DNA of 64,000 nt from Octopus vulgaris (lineage: Eukaryota). Numbering within the stretch: the first letter of the stretch is position 1; every line of letters begins with the position of its first letter. Location: positions 115,568,001 to 115,632,000 of the forward strand of contig OX597821.1 in assembly GCA_951406725.2 (NCBI GenBank). The letters run 5' to 3'. Under the pieces are notes generated by a model. It had not been told where the DNA came from. It searched no databases and saw only the letters and a program-made list of their open reading frames with translations. The position numbers and the translations under genes were made by a program. Positions 57,901 through 64,000 of the stretch are shown here, in pieces.

Positions 57901-60900
57901 AAAAATTCCCAATTTACCATTTCTCGAATCCTCTCCAGACCTGCTTCTTGAGCCTTTTGTTTTTCTTTTAAATAACGTTCACGTTCAGCACGTTGCTTAG
58001 CCAATTCCTTTTCTCTAGAGGAAAAAAAAAAAAATTATTTTAATTTGTTATTGAAGCTAGAAGTAGCAGAAAAAATATGAAGAATACTGTGGGGGACAAT
58101 AATTATTGCAGTCAAATGTTAGAAGAAAATCATTTAACTATGTTGGTGACAACACTTGACCTCACCTGAAATACCTGCTCTACCTCACCTGACATTTTAT
58201 TATGTTAAATTTGTCTTCAAATTTTTTTCCACATTTTGGATGTAGAGTCAGATATTTCAATTTTTAATAGGGACAGCAACTCCAACACTAATACAGTGCG
58301 AACAAATTTATTTAAAAGACAACGGTAGCTAAAAATCTGAAAAATATTTCACTGCAAATCTTTTTGGAAGAATCCAACCCCAACCGTGATTTTCTCAATG
58401 ATTCAAAGCCAACAAATTATTTCCTTTTATTTTCTTCCCCACTGAAATGTTTCAAACAATAAATGCAAAAACAAACTTATGGATAGCAAGAAAAAAGAAA
58501 AAGTCTTGTACACTATTTCTGCTGTAAATAATTTACAGGTATTAGGGTGGTGCTCAGGATTACCAACCACAGAGCATAGATGAATCTTTGGTGATCTCTA
58601 TACTTTTCAGGACCATAACAAGAATGCTATTGAAGTGAAGGTGTGTTAGTATTTTGCATGTATGAAGCATTAATAGTACACGAGGGTAGAACATATGACC
58701 CTTTGCCCTGCACATCATCATCATTGTTCGACCGTGGTTGAGACAATGGAATTTACTATGTTACACCAGACTTCACGGTTCATCATAGCATTACGGAGGT
58801 CTTGTCGCTGGATGCCTGTATCCCTGGAGATTACATCAGAGTAGGAGAGTGTGCGCCCTCTGGTATCGCGAGCAGATGGCTTCCAGAGGAGAAGAGTAGA
58901 AATTACCTCGTTTTCAGCTCTACAACAATGTCCAGCAAACTGGACTCTTCTGCCTTTCACAAGAGATGATACAGGTGGTAATTTCCCATATATTTGTACT
59001 TTGGTTGGATGATGCTTCCACGAGAGATTTTGAGCTCTCATAAGGAGGCGAGTGTAAGTTCCATCCAACCACCTCTCAAGGGATATTTAAGTTCTATAAT
59101 CAATCAAGAAAAAGACTCATCCATTGGTGAAATAGAAACGCTGGATACATTTCTGTCAATATAGCCAAGCTCACAAATCAGGAGTTTGACTGGCTTCCGT
59201 GTCGGTGGCACATAAAAGGCACCCACTACACTCATGGAGTGGTTGGTGTTAGGAAGGGCATCCAGCTGTAGAAACACTGCCAGATCAGACTGGAGCCTGG
59301 TGCAGCCTTCTGGCTTCCCAGACCCCGGTCGAACCGTCCAACCCATGCTAGCATGGAAAACGGACGTTAAACGATGGTGATGATGATGATGATGATGATG
59401 AGTCAGAGTCACATCACATTTTACAAAGTGTTATAAAGCTCACAAAACTTGGGGTCAATCAAAATGCTTTTCTTTTCTTGAATAATGACTATATCAAAAA
59501 AGACATAAGAAATATTTCGGTGTACACCACATCACATCATGTCTCTCTCTCCAGTTGAGATAGCCATGTATCTTCTCTACTGCAAGACACATATTTCTGT
59601 CCCTCTAACATATTTTAACTTCTCCTACCCTGGCACAAAGCCAACTCCTTTAACCCTTTAATTACTGTATCTATTTTGAGATGCTATGTGTTTCTTTCAA
59701 TTACTTTAAATATAACAAAGAATTTAGTAAAATCACTTAGTTATCACTAAGTTGGTGCTAGGAACATAAATTGTGACTAAGGTTTGGTGGAAGATTTTAA
59801 TTCAAAATTCATGTAAACAAGACATTTGTACTTAGAGCCAGAGGCGGTTTCAGCTGGGTTGGTAACAGAAGGGTTAATACTACTCCCCATCATAGTTGTG
59901 AGGGTCTTATCTTGTAAGTTAGTGGTACCAGATGAAGAAATCAAGCCAAAGCAGACAGTAGGGCTTGGTGCAGTTTTCTGACTTGCGAGCTCCTCTCAAA
60001 CTGTCCAACCAATGCCAGTATGAAAGGAGGATGTTAAATGGTGATGATGATGAAAAAGGATTACCAAATATTTTCCTTCTTCAATTTCAAACACAATCAA
60101 CTACAAATGCATAAACAAATCGGTGTAATTATATCCAAAGGGATTACTGGGGAATGGATTATTGTGGACATTGGTCTACACTATTTTGCCAATTTTTTGC
60201 TAATCTTCGAACTTCTTTAATGAATGTTCTGTTTATGAAATGTTACACTTGTCAATCTGGATATATAAAGAGCATAAGTTTATTTAATTGAAATATTTTT
60301 AACTTCTCACATCCTGGCACCTTCCTAACACCAAGGGCATTAGGAAGGGCATCCAGCTGTAGAAACACTGCCAGAACAGACTGGAGCCTGGTGCAGCCTC
60401 CTGGCTTCCCAGACCCCAGTCGAACCGTCCAACCCATGCTAGCATGGAAAGCAGACGTTAAACAATGATGATTTATGAATTCATAACTAATTTTCGGTAG
60501 GTCTATTTCCTAATCATCCATGCACTCATAACTTCCATCCATCTAGTAAATTTTTAGTCTTTCTGCATAGAATGACAGATGCCTGTTGGAAGTGTAATGT
60601 TTCATAAAAGTGAGGCTGGGCAGTGGCATCAGAAGATACACAGTATCTAGAGAATGAACCATGTTTAACTCAACAGGTGTGAAAATAAAGTGATTACAGG
60701 TGAGCAAAGAAAGTCATCAAATAAAAACATGCTGAGTGAAAACTGTCCCCATATTAACAGTTGATGGTAATCTAAGAAAAATGTTGACTGAACTAATTAG
60801 GGATTTTGGAAACTAAAATCCAGTAGAAGACAACATAAGAATTTTATTGTGAAGTAATATCAGTACTGGAAAATAGATATTCAGAAATAAATAAATATGA

Positions 60901-63900
60901 TGTAATGTGACCAAATAGTAAAGGAATCAATAAATATGATGTGAAACCTTTCTGCTTTGAAGCGAAGTCTTTCTTTTTCTCGTTCTTCCTCAAACCGTTT
61001 TCGTTTCTCCAAATCGATGAGCTTATCTTTTTCAGCCTCCAGCTTCCTTTCCCTTTGTTCTTCAATCTTGCGTTTCTCTTCAGCAGCCTTTTTCAACCTC
61101 TCTTGCTCTTCAAATTCCTTCTTCCTCTGGAGAATGGATTGCTGTCGCAGTTGTTCTTCTTCCTGGTTTGAAAACAATTAAATTTTTTACTTTGGGAAAA
61201 GTTCAAAAATTATGCTTCAGCAAAAACCCAAATGGAACCAGAGAAAATCAGTAACATTATAAAAGGTGGCGGATTAACGGAATTGTTAGAGCATAGGTAA
61301 AAAACGCCTTGTGGTATTTCTTCCAGCTCTTAAATTCCTGAGTTCAAATATTGCCAAAACCAATTTTGCTTTTCATGCCTTCAGGCTTGACAGAATTATT
61401 TGCCAGACATGTATAATGCTGATAGTATCAACTAACCCCTCCCCTCAAAATTGCTGCCTAAATTTTAGGAACAATTATTTTACTATTATTCATTTATTAC
61501 AAATTATAACTTCAGATGCAGAAATAAAAGTGAATTTTATCATCAATATATAATTTTAATAGAAATTTTTCAAGAATAATATGTATTAGATAAGTAAGAG
61601 CCAACATGTTCATGAAAATGGTATAAAATGTTGGCAGAAATGATCAGATAAAAGGAGTTTAAACTGAAGTAAATATCTATACGAATATTCCTAATTTTGG
61701 CATCTCTAACAGTAATTGTTAAAATAATAATTTTCATCATCATAAATTGGTATTCTAGCACATTTCATTTATAAAATTTTAGATTCTTGTTTGGTCAACC
61801 TCTGCCCTATTTATATTCTAGCTTATAGCTATCAACCGAATTCTATACACATTTGTCAATGTCTATCAGATAACTATTTACTTTCTTGTTTCTTTACACA
61901 AGGGGCTACACACAGAGGGGACAAACAAGGACAGACAAATAGATTAAGTCGATTACATCGATCCCAGTGCATAACTGGTACTTATTTAATCGACCCCGAA
62001 AGGATGAAAGGCAAAATTGACCTCGGTGGAATTTGAACTCAGAACATAATGGTAGACGAAACACCGCTAAGCATTTCGCCCAGCATGCTAACGGTTCTGC
62101 CAGCTCACCGCCTTCCAGCTATTTACTTCCTTACTGTCTTAACCCTGGTATATAAACAATCTATTTCTACTCCAAGTATTGTTTCATAGACTTAATTCCA
62201 TAATAAACTGCATTATTTCAAATGTAGATGAACCTTTAGTCCATCCCTGAAAAAAGAAAAGAAAAGCCCTGCATACTCACTTGCTCTTTCCTTTTCCGGT
62301 TTCTTTCTTTCTCTTCTATTTTTCTTCTTTCCTCAGCTTCTTGCTGTTTCTTTAACCTATAAATAGTAGATATTCATTTAAACCATCAATAAAAAGATAT
62401 GCCACTAACAAACTAAATATCGATTAATAAAACAACAATGCATCATCATCATTTAACGTCCGCTTTCCATGCTAGCATGGGTCCGACGGTTCGACTGGGG
62501 TCTGGTAAGCTATGGAGGCTGCACCAGGCTCTAGTCTGACTTGGCAGTGTTTCTACAGCTGGATGCCCTTCCTAACGCCAACCACTCCGTGAGTGTAGTG
62601 GGTGCTTTTTACGTGTCACCAGCACAGTTGTCTTAACTACAATTTCCGTTTGATTTTTATTTTGATGTTGACGTACTTGACTCAATATGTCTCCTCAAGA
62701 ACAGCAGGTCACTCAACGATCCAAGGTTAGCATAGCAGGCCATCCTGCGAGCCATGAACTCACTTCATTTGTCAGGTCTTCACTGTCACAGCATATCTCA
62801 TGGACTTGGATGTCTATGTGTGCTCCACTATGTATATATATATCATCATCATCATCATCAACATCGTTTAGCGTCCGTTCTCCATGCTAGCATGGGTTGG
62901 ACGGTTCAACTGGGGTCTGTGAAGCTGGAAGGCTTCATCAGGCCCAGTCAGATCTGGCAGTGTTTCTACGGCTGGATGCCCTTCCTAACGCCAACCACTC
63001 CGTGAGTGTAGTGGGTGCTTTTTACGTGCTTGTACATATGTTTAAGTACAAGTATAGGTGTATATATTTGCTTATGTATGTATATGTATAAATAAATATA
63101 TATATATATTGAATTGTATGTGTATCTTGTTTCATGTATATATTTATATTGTGAATGTACTTTATAATCTCTGACAAGGCCTATGGATATATATAAGTAC
63201 CTCATTTTTAACTGCCTACAACCTCAATAAAATTGACATGTACGAGCACAACAAATTACTTTATCCAAAGGCTGAAACAGCTGTAAGTGATTTTAATAAT
63301 TTATATTAAGGTTTTTTTTAATTGTATTCTTATTTTATATGTATTGAATTTTATAATGTATATATGTATGTTATTATGGTTGTCGTTTTGATAAATAAAT
63401 AAGTCAACATTCTAATATCCTAAAGCTGATGAACCAACTAAATTGTTTCTCCATTTTCTTATAATGGGCATGAAAGGACTGATTATTGTAAGATACATGA
63501 TAATTAAAAATATTTGCAGCAAAACATTCAGTAGCAGAAAGGATAGATAATCATACAGGCAATCACTAGAATGAATATACATATATATATATATTTATAA
63601 AATGGTGAATCATGATAGATGCTTACATGGAAAAATGAATTTAAGAAATTTGTGTAGAAATTTCATGAGAAATTTGGGGATAAACAAAAAAGACTACATT
63701 TGAAAATATGGGAATGTAATAGAAAAATGAGTTTACCTAAGCCGCACTTTTTCTCTATCTTCTCGCAATTTTTCCTCTCGTATACGATCAGTGGTATTGA
63801 ATTTTTCTTCAAGTCTTTTGGTCTTCTTGTCCTTCTGAACTTGTTCTTGAATCATTTTTATTTCACGAGTTTCAGCAACCTTTCGCATGCGCTCCTCTCG

Positions 63901-63904
63901 TTTT
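51724..63904 (-). CDS. INCENP: Inner centromere protein, 3' part (7 coding exons: SAH coiled region and IN-box); the 5' part lies beyond the window
   Basis: Exons 63904-63737, 62356-62281, 61162-60948, 58014-57918, 57728-57550, 55047-54929, 51914-51724. All GT-AG and in phase. An E/R/K-rich helix (RKREERMRKV...) is followed by SYEMTP...YDIDDLKSDDSTDEESSPQKPIPKWAQG and PDLNELF...RSSSAHWDSP (IN-box, Aurora B binding). Confidence 0.93.
52114..52205 (-). ncRNA. Type I hammerhead ribozyme motif in the last INCENP intron
   Basis: Minus strand: GGC CTGATGA t-TGGGGTTACATT...AATGTACCTCA-t GAAA CACGTG TA GCC. Confidence 0.7.
52823..53110 (-). mobile_element. Second RTE-like LINE family, 3' end
   Basis: YGKLPPVSSLMKGRRVQFAGHCCRA...; a near-identical copy lies at 58715-59080. 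Confidence 0.8.
54929..55047 (-). CDS. INCENP: INCENP exon (IN-box N-terminal part)
   Basis: ttctag / YEMTPHKSSYNSYDIDDLKSDDSTDEESSPQKPIPKWAQ / gtaagc. Confidence 0.92.
55481..55860 (+). mobile_element. tRNA-derived SINE (third family), flanked by aacagcagcagc
   Basis: A-box tggcccagtgg, B-box gtttcgattcc, body aaacacctaaagctcc...caactttctctcactctttc. Related copies at about 23700-24005(-) and 36525-36820(-). Confidence 0.8.
56860..57405 (+). mobile_element. RTE 3'-UTR fragment with (GAT)n tail
   Basis: Same tandem units and tail as 38160-38680. Confidence 0.85.
57550..57728 (-). CDS. INCENP: INCENP exon
   Basis: attag / ERERLLYEQSLQEKK...SDKKSE / gtgagt. Confidence 0.85.
57918..58014 (-). 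CDS. INCENP: INCENP exon
   Basis: ctctag / EKELAKQRAERERYLKEKQKAQEAGLERIREM / gtaaat. Confidence 0.87.
58715..59080 (-). mobile_element. Second RTE-like LINE family, 3' end
   Basis: DGTYTRLLMRAQNLSWKHH...RRVQFAGHCCRA, with a (TGA)n tail. Confidence 0.8.
59654..59873. mobile_element. piggyBac-type MITE
   Basis: TTAA-CCCTT ... AAGGG-TTAA termini. Confidence 0.55.
60948..61162 (-). CDS. INCENP: INCENP exon (SAH region)
   Basis: accag / EEEQLRQQSILQRKKEFEEQERLKKAAEEK...RFKAE / gtttca. Confidence 0.87.
62281..62356 (-). CDS. INCENP: INCENP exon (SAH region)
   Basis: ttatag / LKKQQEAEERRKIEEKERNRKRKEQ / gtgagt. Confidence 0.87.
63070..63460 (+). mobile_element. Second copy of the hammerhead-bearing AT-rich element
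   Basis: Shares the hammerhead region and downstream blocks (aacattctaatatc, ttctccattttcttat) with the reverse complement of about 7650-8080. Confidence 0.55.
63166..63293 (+). ncRNA. Degenerate hammerhead motif (same family as 7841-7980)
   Basis: CTGACAA (G8>A) GGCCTATGGATA...TATCCAAAGGCT GAAA CAGCTG TA. Confidence 0.55.
63737..63904 (-). CDS. INCENP: INCENP exon (SAH region)
   Basis: ttctag / KREERMRKVAETREIK...REKVRL / gtaaac. Confidence 0.87.
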
Positions 63905-64000
63905 CTAGAATACAAAGTACATTATGGTTACCAATAAGACTCAGTGTAGCAAGCAATGTTACCAATAAAACACTCGTTTTAAACTCCTCTAAGGATGTAA

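Overview
AT-rich, repeat-dense eukaryotic DNA. The SINE/RTE repertoire suggests an octopus (coleoid cephalopod) genome; this is an inference. Three host genes are recognisable: an intronless dynactin p62 gene (DCTN4, minus, 4581-5918), a complete 14-coding-exon GPR155/LYCHOS gene (plus, 27834-50111, 825 aa, all splice phases checked by hand), and the last 7 coding exons of INCENP (minus, 51724-63904, convergent with GPR155). A truncated Alba-domain RPP25/RPP25L copy lies just downstream of the GPR155 stop, and a duplicated GPR155 exon fragment sits in intron 7. A candidate spliced microprotein gene lies just downstream of DCTN4. The rest is RTE, CR1, Dong/R4 and HERO-like LINE remnants, tRNA-derived SINEs, mariner remnants, MITEs and microsatellites. 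The most notable unannotated signal is four type-I hammerhead-ribozyme motifs from at least three sequence families. Each has a palindromic stem III and a long stem II and sits in an AT-rich non-coding element bordered by (TA)n, consistent with Penelope-like pLTR or retrozyme-type elements. Repeat boundaries are approximate, and family names come from motif recognition, not database searches.
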